From the NCBI RefSeq assembly GCF_009914755.1, contig NC_060943.1: DNA of 64,000 bases, one strand, 5' to 3'. This DNA comes from the human T2T-CHM13v2.0 reference genome, Homo sapiens. Of the stretch, positions 1-24,508 are shown one piece after another. The translations under genes were made by a program, and so were the position numbers. Under the pieces are notes generated by a model. That model did no database searches. It was not told the origin of the DNA and saw nothing but the letters and a program-made list of their open reading frames with translations. Each line of letters starts with the position of its first letter. The first letter of the stretch is position 1.

Positions 1-273
1 CTAGGCCACCTCTCTAACAAGTCAGTTCCCCTCCTCCGATTCCCCTCTGAGATGCTGCAGTTCACCCTTCCTAGATTCCCTCCGGGAGATGAAACTTCTC
101 ATTACAGGAAAGATCCCAAACCCATTTCAGGGAACGCAGGGACCCAGCCTCCCCATAATCCCATGGGACACCAGCTGTCTACTCCTCCCAGCCCTATGGG
201 ACTCAATATTGGCCCTTATTTCCCTCCTTGCCCAGGACCAAGGACTCTGCACCCTGGCTCCCACCCTAGGTAC

Positions 274-432
274 CTTGCTGTAGGGCTGGCTGCAAACAAT
301 TTTGACCCGGTCCCAGCGCTTCTCGGCGGCTGCCCGGACCAGCTTGTCAGGCCCAAACATGCGAACGCGGTTGGGGTTTGAGCCACTGCGGCTCTCGGAA
401 GGGGACATGAAAGATGAGGTGACCAGAAGGAC
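274..432 (-). CDS. XRCC1: XRCC1 coding exon 4 (VLLVTSSF...CSQPYSK), N-terminal domain; gene continues left of the window
   Basis: 159 nt = 53 codons, CAG| acceptor at 435-433 and |GTA donor at 273-271 on - strand; translation matches the XRCC1 N-terminal domain. Confidence 0.97.
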
Positions 433-1524
433 CTGGGTGGGAGAAGCCACAGTGCATGAGAACCAGGGCAGGTTGGCTTAGATGAGAGCTTCTAGGGGCT
501 GGGGAAGAGGGCACAGGGCCCACACAGGGGACTGGGAGTCACTAGAATGTAGCTTGGGCCTAGATGTCTCCAGACCCTTTGTTTCTAGGCCTTGAGTCAG
601 TCCTGCCCTGACACAGGCCCCAGAGGGATCTCTTTATCCTCCAGATGTGAGCGACCCTTATCTAAATTCTCCCATGGAGTCTTCCATATCTGGCAATACA
701 GCGGGCTACATGTCCTAAGGAACTTTCCCGGCAGAGAATATTCAGTAAACTGGCACAATATTCAAACACCTTTTGGAAATGCACAGGTGAGTCAGCGGAA
801 AGGCAAGGGGAATTACTAGAGGCTGGAAATGAGAAAACAGAATCCAGAGAGTCAGGCGAGCTGCACTAAGTATTAAGTGATTGTTTCTCAGCTCAAACCT
901 ACCCTCTACAACTCATCTCTGTGATCTGGGCCCGCACTTGGCAAACCACCTTTCTGCTTCCCTAGCTGATCGTGACCAGGCTCTGCCAATAGGGGGGGCA
1001 AGAGAGAGAGTTTGCAAGGCTGCAGGAGGGAGGAAGGACCAGCTTCTCGTGCATTGCAGATCCTGTGAGCATCACCCCCAGTTAAGCTTCTGCTGCTGCA
1101 GTGGTTCCTGCCTGCAGCAGCAGATGAATCCAGTTTGCAGTGTCCCAATACCTCCAGAAACAGCCTCATTCAGCCCCTCTCAGCAGCCGGTGGGGGAGGA
1201 AGCCCTCCTCAAACGATCTGAATTTCAGCTCCTGGAGCCCCACCTCCCAGTTTCCAAACATCTACGTTTCAATAATTCCTGCTCCTTTCTTTTGTTCCCC
1301 CAACCCTGGGAGTGGTAGCTACTCCCTGCGGTTGCTTCTCCCTCATATCTTAGTCTTCTAGTAACACCTAGTTACTGGTTCTTTCTATCAAATTATCTGT
1401 TAAAATAACTGGTGTGGTTTTAATCTCCGGGCAAGGACCCTGACTGACCCGGCAGCACTCATGTTGGTAGTTTGTCGTGGTGCTGATCCCAGATAGCAAA
1501 TAACTTGATTTTATTTATTATTAT

Positions 1525-6325
<4,801 letters not shown>

Positions 6326-6534
6326 TCCAAACTTGCTCTCTTCCCTGATGTGCAGTTTACCGCCCTGTGTCTGCCTTCTGTCTCCTCCGTACACTGGGTG
6401 ATCCTCCAGAGGGCAGCAATCAGGTGTGACTCACATCTGCCCCATGTCTTCCCAGCCCCAGCCCCTGGGGGAGACGGTGATGCGAGCATGAGGGGCAGAG
6501 GTCAGTATGGGATCCATCTCATAGCCCTGCTTAC

Positions 6535-6645
6535 CTCATAGTCTTGCTCCCCAGCGCCTCCAGCTGAACTGCCCACCAGCACCTCCACGAAAGCTGAGCC
6601 ATCATTCCCAATGTCCACACTGTGTATCTGCTCCTCCTTCTCCAA
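6535..6645 (-). CDS. XRCC1: XRCC1 coding exon 3 (LEKEEQIHSVDIGNDGSAFVEVLVGSSAGGAGEQDYE)
   Basis: 111 nt = 37 codons, CAG| acceptor and |GTAAG donor, phase 0 at both ends. Confidence 0.97.
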
Positions 6646-7335
6646 CTGTGGGCAGAGAGAGAGGCCACTGTCAGTGCCTGCTCTGCCTCTGGGCTCACTG
6701 TGGGACCTCAGGATGAATCTCCTTTGGATCACCATGTCCCTGTAATGTCAATTCTGTGAGGGGGCACACCAGGGTTGAATGGTGCCATGTGTCCCCTCCA
6801 TGCAGCACAGGGTATGGCATGGAGCAGAAACTCACAAAATAGTCACTGAATGAATGCATACGCGCCCACCTCACACATACCTGCTTCCCTGACCTCTCCA
6901 GACTCCACCAGGTCAGCTTATCACACACTGCCATAGAGCTCTCCTTGATAAGCACTTGCCAGAGTTATAACTTTATTCAAATCATCATGCAGACAAACAG
7001 CACATGTCACCCCTCACCCACAATCGCAGAGGACTCCAGGAAACCTCCCTGAGGGCAGGGGCTTTGTCCGATCTTGCTCACCGCTGGTTCCTGGGTTTGA
7101 ATCCCAGCTGTGCTGCACACTAGCTGTATGACCATACCAGTTAACCTTTTGGAGCCTCAGTTTTCTCATCTGTAAAATGGGAATGACCACCATATCTAGG
7201 ATCATGCACATAAATAATGGCCACAGGGCATGGCGAAGAGTAGGCAATTATCTGCTGTCAGTCAGGAGGTATTATTAGTCAGTGCTAGACAACTATTTGT
7301 TGAAAGAAGAAAAGAGCTACCTATAGGAGGGCTCA

Positions 7336-7809
<474 letters not shown>

Positions 7810-8665
7810 CTACACTGCCCTCTCCCACCCCTGGTGATGACAGATGCTCCAATCTGCTCTGTTGCCTCCCTGTCAGATCATCTAGACATCACCTGCACAC
7901 TGCTATCAACAGGAACACCACTGTATGGAAGGAGGGAGCCTGGACTTGGGGTGAGGTAGGCCTGGGCTCAAATACAGCAATGCCATTTCCAACCTGCACA
8001 ACCTTGGGTGACGTATTCAACGTCTCTGTGAGGCAGTTTCCTCACATGCAAAAAGGGAAGATGGTCATAACAACCCTCCCTCCTTGGCCAGGCGCAGTGG
8101 CTCACGTCTCTATAACCAGCACTTTGGGAGGCTGGGGTGGGAGGATCACTTGAGGCTGGGAGTTCAAGACCAGCCTGGGCAACATAGCCAGACCTTGTCT
8201 CTACAAAAATTACAAAAATTAGCAAGGCATGGTGGCACATACCTGTGGTCCCAGCTACTCAGGAGGCTGAGGAAGGAGGATCGCGTGAGCCTGGGGAGGT
8301 CAAGGCTGCAGTGAGTCATGTTCGCATCACTGTACTCTGGGCGACAGAGTGATGAGACCTTGTCTTCAAAAAAAAACTTACCCTCCCTCTGAAGGAAGTT
8401 GAGATGACACAGAATTAACAACTATAACCACAACTGCGGCCAACATCCGAGTGCACTGAGCGCTCCTGGTGTGCCAGACTCCTGCTAATAATACATGTAT
8501 CTACTCTCCTGCAATGGCTCTGCCAGGCAGTTGCTATAATTATCTCCATCTTACACATGAGCAAACGGAGGCAGGAAGTGGTTATGTAACTTCACAGCTG
8601 GTGGGTGGCAAAGCCGGACCGGAACCCAGGCAGGCTGGCAACAGTCCACGCGTGCTCCTCCATCA

Positions 8666-9298
<633 letters not shown>

Positions 9299-10064
9299 TC
9301 AAACATATCCATAGCTGGGTAAAAGTTTGCCTTCTGTGCTTCAGGTGCCCACTCAGATGTCACTTCAGACCATAAGTAACCTACCTCGCCCCCTACCTGG
9401 TGCCACTCTCTATCTCCCTACCCGACTTTACTTTTCTTCATGATTACTGCCTGGTGTTACACAGTTACATCTTTTTTGTTTGTATTTGTCTAGCATCTGT
9501 CTCTCCCGCCAGACTTTTAAGCTCCACAAGAGCAAGGACAGTATCGTCTGAGTTGTTCCCTACTGTGTCCCCAAGGCCAAGAACAGTGTCTGGTCCTTCC
9601 CAGCTCTGCTGATTTCCTGCTGTGTGATCCTGGAGCAAATGGTTTCATTTCACCCCTTGTGCCTTAGTTTTCGAACCTATGAAATGGGGACAATAACAAC
9701 GTCTATCTCATAAAGTTGTTGAGAACATTCAAATCCATACCAAGAATGAGAAATAACATACCAAGTGCCTGGAATACTGCCTGGCACCGAGCAAACACTA
9801 CATAAATGTCAGCTGCGAATATCATTAACACAGCAGGCCTCTACTGCATTCCCAATGGATGTACAGACAGACACAGAACAGGCGCCCAGCAACCGTTTGC
9901 AGAAGTTACTACTCAAGAGTTATTAAGCAGTAACTCTGGCTCTGTCCTCCCTTACCAAGTGGCCCTGTTGAGCCCCTTCTCTGCTGCTTGCCTGGGTGTC
10001 CCATCTGTCACAAGAGGATCATCATGGCTAACATTTTCGGATTCTCACCATGTGCCAGGTGCTT

Positions 10065-10880
<816 letters not shown>

Positions 10881-11526
10881 CTTGGCTAAGCATGGGCCGG
10901 GCATCACTGAAGCCTCAAAACCACTTTAAATAGAAGGGTCTGTTACGACTCCAGTTTCACAGATGGGGAAACTGAGGCTCAGACAGGTTTAATCAATAGC
11001 TTACATGGCACACAAGCTAATAACTAGCAGAGTACTTCGGACGCAACTGCCTGACTGCAAAGCACTGTCCAATACCACCACTGTTCTCAACTCCTTTCTT
11101 TCCATCCCTGAGTCAAACTCAACATCTTTACCTCTCCCACAATATTCAGCATAGCTCCTAAATGTGGTAGGATGGAGATGCTTGTATTTTAAATGAACAA
11201 TTCCTACTGCATAAATAACTATTTCTACTTTAAACAGGCACTCCCTGACATTTCTTCTTTGTATATAAAAAAAGTCCTGGCTAGGAGCACTGGCTCACGC
11301 CTGTAATCCCAGCACCGTGGGAGGTGGAGGCGGGAGAATCACTTGAGGCCAGGAGTTCGAGACCAGCCTGGCCAACATAGCAAAACCCTGTCTCTACCAA
11401 AAATAAAAAAAGTTAGCTGGGTGTGGTGACACGCACCTCAATAATCCCAGCTACTCAGGAGGCTAAGGCACAAGAATTACTTGAACCTGGGAGGTGGAGG
11501 TTGCAGTGAGTTGAGACGAGCCACTA

Positions 11527-11943
<417 letters not shown>

Positions 11944-12215
11944 TCAGGAGAGTTCAAGACCAGGCTGGCCAAGAGGGTGAAACCCCGTCTCTAGTAAAAA
12001 TACAAAAATTAACCAGGCATGGTGGCAGGCGCCTGTAATCCCAGCTACTCGGGAGGCTGAGGCAGAGAATTGCTTGAACCCAGGAGGCGGAGGTTGCAGT
12101 GAGCCAAGATCATGCCACTGCATTCCAGCCTGGGTGGCAGAGCAAGACTCTGTCTCAAAAAAAAAAAAAAAAAAAAGTAAATAAATACTTTTTAAGAATC
12201 TGATAAAAATGTTTA

Positions 12216-12395
<180 letters not shown>

Positions 12396-12398
12396 TCA

Positions 12399-12563
<165 letters not shown>

Positions 12564-13456
12564 TCAGTTGATGAATAGATAAACATTGTACAGTATATTT
12601 ATGGAATATCATCCAGTTATTTAAAAAACTGAAGTTGTGATATATGCTACAACATGGATGAACCTCAGAAACATTATGCAAAGTGTAACAAGGTTAAGTG
12701 TAAAAGACCACGTATACATTTATAAGTCCAGAATAAGCAAATCCAGAGAAGCAGAAAGTAGATCAGTGGTTGCCAAGGGCAACATTGGGGAGAGAATAAG
12801 AAGTGACTGTTTAATGGTTATGTGGTTTCTTTTTGGAGTGATGAAAATATTCTGAATTAGAGAATGGAGATGGTTGAAGAACATTGTCAATATGCTAAAA
12901 AAAAAAAAAAAACCCTGAAATGTGCACTTTATTTATTTATTTATTTATGTTTTTTGTTGAGACGGAGTCTCACTCTGTTGCCCAGGCTGGAGTGCAGTGG
13001 TGCAATCTCAGCTCACTGCAAACTCTGCCTTCCAGTTCAAGTGATTCTCTTGCCTCAGCCTCCCGAATAGCTGGGACTACAGGCACGCACCACCACCCCC
13101 GGCTAATTTTTGTATTTTCAGTAGAGATGGGGTTTCACCATGTTGGCCAGCCTAGTCTCGAATCCCTGACCTCAAGCAATCCACCCGCCTTGGCCTCCCA
13201 AAGTGCTGGGATTACAGGTGTGAGCTACCGCATCTGGCTGAAATGTGCACTTTAAATGGTTAAAACAGTAAATTTTATGTGAATTTTTCTCAAAATAAGA
13301 GATGAGTGCTCAGTATGTATCAGCTGTGAGGATAAGAGCACAAGATGACTATCACCGATGGCCTGGGTTCGTGTGCATGCAGCTTTCTCAGGGAGACACA
13401 GTTCTGATATGAACTGTTCCTGAAACAAACATGGCACAGGAAGGCAAAGTTCCTGA

Positions 13457-13736
<280 letters not shown>

Positions 13737-14898
13737 TGATCCACCTGCCTCAGCCTCCCAAAGTGCTGGGATTACAGGCGTGAGCCACCGCGCCCGGCCA
13801 TGAAATGCAATTGTATGCATCATTTAAAAGAATAAGGTAGGCTGCGCACGGCGTGGCTGACGCCTGTAATCCCAACACTTTGGGAGGCCAAGGCAGGAGG
13901 ATCACTTGAGGTCAGGAATTCAAGACCAGCCTGGCTAACATGGGGAAACCCCATCTCTACCAAAAATACAAAAATTAGCCAAGCCTGGTGGCATGTGCCC
14001 GTAATCCTAGCTACTAGGGAGATTGAGGCAGGAGAATCACTTGAAGCTGGGAGGGGGAGGTTGCAGTGAGCCACGATCGCACTACTACACTCCAGCCTGA
14101 GTGACAGAGCGAGATTCTGTCTCAAAGTAAGTAAGTAAGTAAGTAAGTAAATAAATAAATAAATAAATAAGGTAGAACTTCATGCAGTGTGCATCTCCAA
14201 AATACACTGTTACTTGAAAAAAAACACACAAGGGAACAGTGTATATACTATGAATTTTTTAAAAAGGGATGGAGGCGGTAGGTATATATGCTTGTATGTG
14301 TACAGAATGACCCAGGAAGACCACCCAAAAAAACTGCTAATGGTGGTTGCATCAGGAGAGAAGAATGAGGGAGCAGGAGTTGGGGAGGGAGCAGGAGTTG
14401 GGGAGGGAGCAGGGAGGGATGGAAAGGGTGAGGGGAGATTTTCTTTTTAGTGTATACCCTTTTGCACCTTTTGAATTTTGCACTATATGCATATAATACC
14501 CATTCAGAAAGCAAATATAATAAAACCCCAATGGCCAGGTCTTTGTGGCTCTGTCTGTAATCCCTGTAATCCCAGCTACTCAGGAAGCTGCCTCCAAAAA
14601 GCTTAAAAAAAAAAAAAAAAATTAGTTGGGTGTGGTGGTGTGCACCTATAGTCCTAGCTACTCAGGAGGCCAAGTTGGGGGATCACCTGAGATCAACAGT
14701 TCAAGACCAGCCTTGGCAACATAGTGAGACTCCGTTTAAAAAAAAAAATCAAATATAAATAAATAAAACCATAATAGTTATCTCAATACAACAGAATACT
14801 ATACAGAAATGACAATAGGCCAGGTGCAGTGGCTCATGTCTGTAATCCCAAGGATTTAAGAAGCTGAGGCAGGAGGAATGCTTGAGTCCAGGAGTTCA

Positions 14899-15434
<536 letters not shown>

Positions 15435-17130
15435 TCATCTACAGCTACACTGAACGACATAGATGAAATGAACAAACATAACAAGGGAAGCCAGATAAGA
15501 AAAGTTTATACCACACGATTCCATTTTATATGCAATTCAAAATCAGGCAAAATGAATCTATGCTGTTAACAATCAGGACAGTGGTTACCCTTGCAGGGGT
15601 ACTGACAGAAAGAACCTGAGGGAACTGCTGGGGGCTAGGCATGTTCTGTGCTGCATCTGGGTGTGGAGTACACAGGGCTGCAGTTTGCGAAGAGTCACTG
15701 AGCTGTACTCTTACTTACACCTTCACTTCACTCTATGTATGTTACACATCAAAAAACAGTAAAAACAAATTTAAGACACCACAGTGGCGAACTGAGTGAT
15801 TAGAAAACCAATAACAATCAAAAATGACCATAGGCCCTATTGCTGATGAACATTTCTTCTAAAAATGACACACCTCCAGTGACACACCAGAGTTATATCT
15901 GGGTCTTGTCCAAGCCACCCCTCCAGCCCAGGAGTAGTTAGCAAAGAGGTTGGCATTTCCCTCTGGGAGCAGGTGATGAACAGACAACAGAGCCTGCTGT
16001 GGCTACTGCAAACAACCAGGTGTGTGGGGCTGTCATAAGCAGATGGCTAAGCCCCATGTGGTAAGATCGAGATGTTGCATAACAATAATTAGAGGAGAAA
16101 ATGCAGGGTAGTAGAAGAACCCACAGATGTGGCCAGGTGCAGTGGCTCATGCCTGTAATGCCAGCACTTTGGGAGGCCAAGACAGGAGGACTGCTTGAGC
16201 TCAGGAGTCCGAGACCAGGCTGGGCAACATAGTGAGACCCCATCTCTACGAAAAATTTTTAAAATTAGCTGGGCCTGGCGGCACACGCCTGTAGTCCCAG
16301 CTATCTGGGAGGCTGAGGTGGGAGGATTGCCTGAGCCCAGGAGGTTGAGGCTACAGTGAGCCATGACTTTGCAACTGCACTCCAACCTGGGCAAGAGAGT
16401 GAGACCCTGTCTCAAAACATAACATAACAACCCAGAGATAAGCCTACTGCCTTGGTGGCCAGAAATGTCTGCCTTATCAGTTACGTCAAAAGAATCAAAA
16501 TTAGCATTTGATGAATCCAGAGTAACCCCACAAATTAGTCATTGCCAGATGCAATCAGTCATTCCAAAGGGTCTCTGACGTGGAGTAAGTTAACAAAACA
16601 ACTGCTGCAATGCTGATCTCCCACTCCTGTGTGTGGCCCCTGCAGTTGATTGTCAACATGGAGCCAGCAGGATCCTGTGAAGGCCTAAGGCAGATCCTGT
16701 CCCTCCTCTGCTCGGAGCCCTCCGGTGGCTCCTATCTCACCTGGAGTAAAAGCTCAAGTCCTTTCAATGGCTTTCCAGGCCTTAAGTGGTTTTTTAGGGG
16801 TTCCCAGTCCCACCCTGTTACCTCATCTCCTACCTCTCTCCCCCTGGCTGACTCCACCCCAGCCATACTGGCCTCCTTGCTGTCACAAGCCAGCTTCAGA
16901 GTCTTTTCCCTAGATACATACATAGCTCATGTTGCTCAAATGTCCCCTTTTCAGGGAGGCCTTCCCGGACCCTACTATTTAAATAAAAATCCTTGCCACT
17001 GCTCCAGCTCCAGCTGGGGCACTCTCATTCCCCTTCATTAAGTTCCTCCATAGCACTCATCATCCAACATATGTTTCACTGACTCATTTGTCAGTCTTTC
17101 CCTACTAACGTGAAAGCTCCACAAGACTGA

Positions 17131-17412
<282 letters not shown>

Positions 17413-18387
17413 TGAGAGTGAATATTTTTTGTCTTCTGCTGTGTACTGCTGTATTAAAACAGTGCTTGGCCTACAGAAGGCACTTAATAAATACTTGACT
17501 AAATAAATGAGTGAATGAACAAATAAATCCATCATCTACTCCCGAGTCTATAGGTTCTTTCTCTGCACTGACAACTTCCCCACATTCTGTCTTCAGCTCC
17601 ACATGTGATCCCCAACTGCCTCCTGGATGCCACCCCTTGAATGTCCCAAAGTCACATCAAACCTGGACATCCCAACTGAAACACATCACCTCCCCAAGCT
17701 GCTCCCTCTGGGGTTTACCATGTTGGTGACCGCTGCAATACTCCCTCAGTCTCTCCCAGGCCAGAGACAGGTTCTGTCTCTTCTGCCTCCAGTCACTCTG
17801 TTTCCACAGCAACTGGGGTAACAGAATGAAATGTGATTTCCCTGGAGTCACTTGATCATAAGAGAGCCCAGTGGAATCATCACCCACTAAGTAATAAAAA
17901 CACAAATCCCTCCCTCTACACAAACACCTACATGTTGACAGAGCACTTGTGCAGACATTATGTCACCGAATTTTCACAACTCCGGGCTTGGATGTCATTA
18001 TTCCCAATGGACACATGAGAAAACAGGTTAGAGAAATGAAACAATTTTCTTGAGGTCACCGATTAAGAGGAAGAGCTGGGGGCTTGAATCTAGATCTCAA
18101 GACTAAAACTGTCAGCAATCTGTATCTATCACAGTTTAAAAGACTGAGGTCAGGTGCAGTGGCTCATGCCTGTAATCCCAACATTTTGGGAGGCCAAGGT
18201 GGGTGGATCACTTAAATTAGCATTTGGTGCTCATTTGCCTTGAACTCCTGAGGTCAGGAGTTCAAGACCAGCCTAGCCAACATGGCAAAACTCGGTCTCT
18301 ATTATAAATACAAAAATTAGCCAGGCATGTAAATTCCAACTACTCAGAAGGCTGAGGCATGAGAATCATTTGAACCTGGGAAGTGGA

Positions 18388-19442
<1,055 letters not shown>

Positions 19443-19684
19443 TGCAGTGAGCCAAGCCAAGATCATGCCACTGCACTACAGCCTGGGAACAGAGTGAGAC
19501 TCTGTCTCAACAGATAAATAAAAGATTGACTGTCAGGCAAATTGTATAACTTCTTTGGGCCTCAGTTTCCTCATCTGTAAAAGTGGGGATAACAGAGCCT
19601 GCCTCTTGGGGTTTTTTATGAGGACTCAATGAGCTAATCCATGTGAGTGAGGTGTGTAGAGCAGCGACTGACAGGTAACGTTGA

Positions 19685-20033
<349 letters not shown>

Positions 20034-20539
20034 TAATAAAAATAGAGACAGGGTCTTGATATGTTGCCCAGGCTGGTCTGGAACTCCTGAGCTCAAGCAA
20101 TCCTCCCATCTCAGGCTCTGAAAGTGCTGGGTTTACAGGCATGAGCCACGGCATCCGGCCAGTTTCCCCTTCTTTAAAGTGGAGTTGATTGGCTTAGACG
20201 ACCTTCCTGGACACCTTCCAGCCCTGAGCCCACTGGCTGCAGGAGGCAGAGTACGTGGCAATGATTCATTTTGTTCCAGCTGAGGAAACTGGAACCCAGA
20301 AAGTAGATGCCACCTGCCCAGGACCACACACTGATTCCTGTGGTCATCCTGGACTTAATCCTTGGGTCTCCTTTCCTCTCTGCTGAGGGGCACAGGGATT
20401 ATGCTGCCCATTTTCCGAGTAAGGAAGCTGAGGCCCAGCAAAGAAAGTGACTAAACCCACTGCCAGTTGGCTCAGGAGCAGAATCTGGAACCCCGGACTC
20501 CAGACTCCTAGTGAGGAGGAGGTGGGGTGGCAGGATCAC

Positions 20540-20632
20540 CTGTAGGACCACAGAGATGGTCTTCTCGCCTGCCTTGGCTGCCCGCCATTTTCGGTAAGTG
20601 TCTGCCTTGAGAAGATTTTCTGCACAGTGAGT
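20540..20632 (-). CDS. XRCC1: XRCC1 coding exon 2 (THCAENLLKADTYRKWRAAKAGEKTISVVLQ)
   Basis: 93 nt = 31 codons, CCAG| acceptor and CAG|GTGAT donor; not in the ORF track, translated by hand. Confidence 0.96.
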
Positions 20633-21029
20633 CTGGAAACAACAGTGGGAGAGGAGAATTAGGGCACAGAGATGACAGCTAGGCCTCCAGCTCTCAGATG
20701 ATTCCTTTGAGTCCTCCCAAGGCCTCTACGACCCCCAGATTTAAGCTCTCCCGTTAATCCCCCGACACTCTGCCTGGAGTTTCCCCTACAACACTTTCCC
20801 GTGGAAGTTCACCTATGGGCTCTCCAAGAAAGCTTCCCTATTCCTCCTTTTCTCTCCGGAAGTTCCCTAGACGCCGGAACGTCCCTAATTCAACATCTCT
20901 CCACAATTCACTTTTAGCCTCCTGGAAATCCCCCCATGACTCTCCTTAGACTTCCAAGAGAACCCCAAAAGCTCTTTTAAGAGCTATCCTCATTAATTCC
21001 CTCACGTCTTCCAACCTCCCCCATGCAGG

Positions 21030-21500
21030 TCCCTCACCGAGTCCTGGCTGCTGCAGGACACGACATGGCGGAGGCGGATCTCCGGCATGTCAACGTCGTG
21101 GGCTTCGCCTGGCCAGAAGGATGAGGTAGAGTATGGGGTCCGAGGGGCAGGGAGAGTGGGAGGGGGCGGGGTGCGCCCTGCGCTGGCTAAAGTGCGCAAG
21201 CGCGCGAGGCTCGGGCCTTTCAAACCCCGGCGCGCCGGCGCCGGCGTCGACACTGCGCAAGCCCAGTCGCGCCTCTCCAGAGCGGGAAGAGCGCTGCGTT
21301 CCTTAGCAACGAGCGTTTCCTCCAGCCCCGCCTCCCTCCGCCACACACAACCCCGCTCTAGCCTCGCCTCCCAATGACGTCCGAACCCTGCTTTCTGGGA
21401 GCCTAGCAACAGAAGCGACCTCCGGGATTGGTGTCTGGAAGAAATTCGCCTTTCTCATTGCACGATGGAGTTACCGCCCACACTGAAGCCGAGAAAGCAA
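21030..21500. promoter_or_regulatory. XRCC1 CpG-island promoter/5'UTR with GC box, RFX X-box-like sites and CG palindromes
   Basis: Dense CpG; GGGGCGGGG at 21163-21171; GTTCCTTAGCAAC at 21298-21310 and CCTAGCAAC at 21402-21410; TGACGT near 21376. Confidence 0.8.
21038..21088 (-). CDS. XRCC1: XRCC1 coding exon 1 (MPEIRLRHVVSCSSQDS)
   Basis: ATG at 21088-21086, 51 nt, donor TCG|GTGAGG; recognisable XRCC1 N-terminus. Confidence 0.97.
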
Positions 21501-21729
21501 ATCTTTTTGCTGTATTATTATTTATTTTATTTTTTAAAAATTTTTTGTTGAGACAGGGTCTTGCTCTCTCACCCAGGATGGAGTGCAGTGGCACGATCTC
21601 GGCTTTCTGCAACCCCTGTCTCCTGGGGCCAAGGGATCCTCCCACTTCAGCCTCCTAAGTAGCTGGGATTACACGCACGCGCCACCACATTCGGCTAATT
21701 TTTGTATTTTTTGTGGAGACATGGGGTGA

Positions 21730-21861
<132 letters not shown>

Positions 21862-21959
21862 TGAGTGAATTTTCGTAGTTTCGTAGGGAACCTGGATTCT
21901 ACGCAACAGGATCTCTTCAAATGGCTCAGGCGGCTGCACTCTTCTCTCTGTCCCCTTGC

Positions 21960-22009
21960 CACACACACACACACGCACATATACATACATACGCGCGCGC
22001 GCACGCGCG
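21960..22009. repeat. Alternating purine-pyrimidine tract (CA)n-(CATA)n-(CG)n
   Basis: acacacacacacacgcacatatacatacatacgcgcgcgcgcacgcgcg read directly. Confidence 0.9.
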
Positions 22010-22751
22010 AAAAAAATTAGCAGATCTCTTTCAGCCTTATGCCTGAGGCCAAAAGAGAAGGGTTCTGCGTCCTAAATATAACACAAAGCATGTGCCCAAC
22101 CCCCACCACACACACACACACACACACCCCTATCCTGGAGTTCTTCCACAAAAGCCTCAGTTTCCCAATATGTGGACTGTGGGCATCTGTCTTTTACTAC
22201 GCCCGCCTATGACTGCCGACAGACATCCCTCTGTTCATTCGGTGCCTTGGAGACCCAAGGGTGCAGCCCTGGGTGGGGTCGCAGCTGGAGACAGCCCAAA
22301 CACACAAGGAGTGTGAGCCGAGCACATGAAGAGAGGGGAAGGGAGACAAGGCACCCCGCACCCGCAGGACCAGCCTGGACATGCTGGGTGCTCCAAGGTG
22401 GGGCCCTACCCACACTGGGTGCTTCCTTGGGAGGAGAGGGGAAGAGAGAGAAGGAGAGGGAATCCCAGTTCTTGCAGCCACTGGGAATCAAGAGGCCCAA
22501 CTCCGTCTTGGTCTTCAAGCAAACAAACAAACAACAATGGGCCGTGGGAAGGTGAGAAAACAGGGTGGTGACTTTCTGGGTTCTAATAGAAGAGGGGGAT
22601 GGAAGCCCAGACTCCTGGGGTCTCCATGGAGGTGGGGGGCTGGGCACAAGATGCCCAGGTCACTTTTGGATTCTGGTTCTGCCTTCCCAACCCGGAGGCC
22701 ACAGAGGACTGCCCTGGGTTCTGACCTCAGCTATTTCTCCCCGTAGGGTGA

Positions 22752-22898
<147 letters not shown>

Positions 22899-23980
22899 TG
22901 ACAAGGGACCTGAACTGTCTCTGGGACCTCAGGAAGAGAGAGGTCCCAGATTGAGAGAGAGAGAGATATAGAGAGAGAGAGAGCCTTCAGCAAGTCCTCA
23001 AGGTGAACGGGGAGGCATTCTGGAAATTCAGATTCATGGAAGAGGCCAAGGGTAAAGGAAGAGAAAGCCTGGGGGTCCCAGAGAAGAAAAGCTCCTGTGA
23101 TTGGATCCCTGAGAGAGGGGCTTGGTGGGCTCTGAATCCTCCATCCTCCAGGAAGGATCCCAAACACATCTCAATTCTAGGAAATCAGATGAGAGCATGG
23201 CTGGAAAGGGAAATCGTTAAAAATATAATTAAAAAAAAAAAAAGAGGGAGAAGGCCAGGTGCGGTGGCTCATGCCTGTAACCCCAGCACTTTAAGAGGCC
23301 GAGGCAGGTGGATCACTTGAGGTCAGGAGTTCAAGACCAGCCTGGCCAACATGGTGAAACCCCGTCTTTACTAAAAATACAAAAAAAGTTAGCTGAGCTT
23401 GGTGGTGGGCGCCTGTAATCCTAGCTACTTGGGAGGCTGAGGTGAGAGGATTGCTTGAAACTGGGAGGCAAAGGTTGCAGTGAGCCAAGATCGTGCCACT
23501 GCACTCCCCAGCCTGGGTGACAGAGCAAAACTCCATCTCAAAAAAAATACATTAATATCATATGATATATTTTTTTAAAAGAGGTAGAGAGATTTCCTTT
23601 CTCCTTAGACTAAGAAGTTCAGGCCCCAGCCCCCTCCTCCCCTGCACACAGGAGTCCAAGTAAGCCTCACTTTCCCCAGGACCCAGGTTTCTGGGCCCCT
23701 AGCTGTCCCCTCTCTCAGAACCAAGAAGTTCAAGTCCTCTGCCCTCCTGGTCCTCACTCTCCCTCCTTGACCTGGGATGCAGACCCTAGCCTCAGGGCCC
23801 CCTGCCTGAGCTCCTGCTGTCTACAAGACCTACATGGCACCTTCAAGGAGGAGAATCCCACATTCAAGAACCAGCTGGACCTGAAGTTTCACAAAAGTCC
23901 ATGGAAACATCCATCACGACCCCTCCCTGCCCCTGAGCTTTCTCAGCGGACCCTGGCATCCAAAATCCCCAGCCATGTAA

Positions 23981-24508
<528 letters not shown>

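Noticed and set aside
14367-14415. 18-bp GAGGGAGCAGGAGTTGGG repeat x2.5
   Set aside because: Small slippage duplication within an old L1-like fragment; no evidence of function
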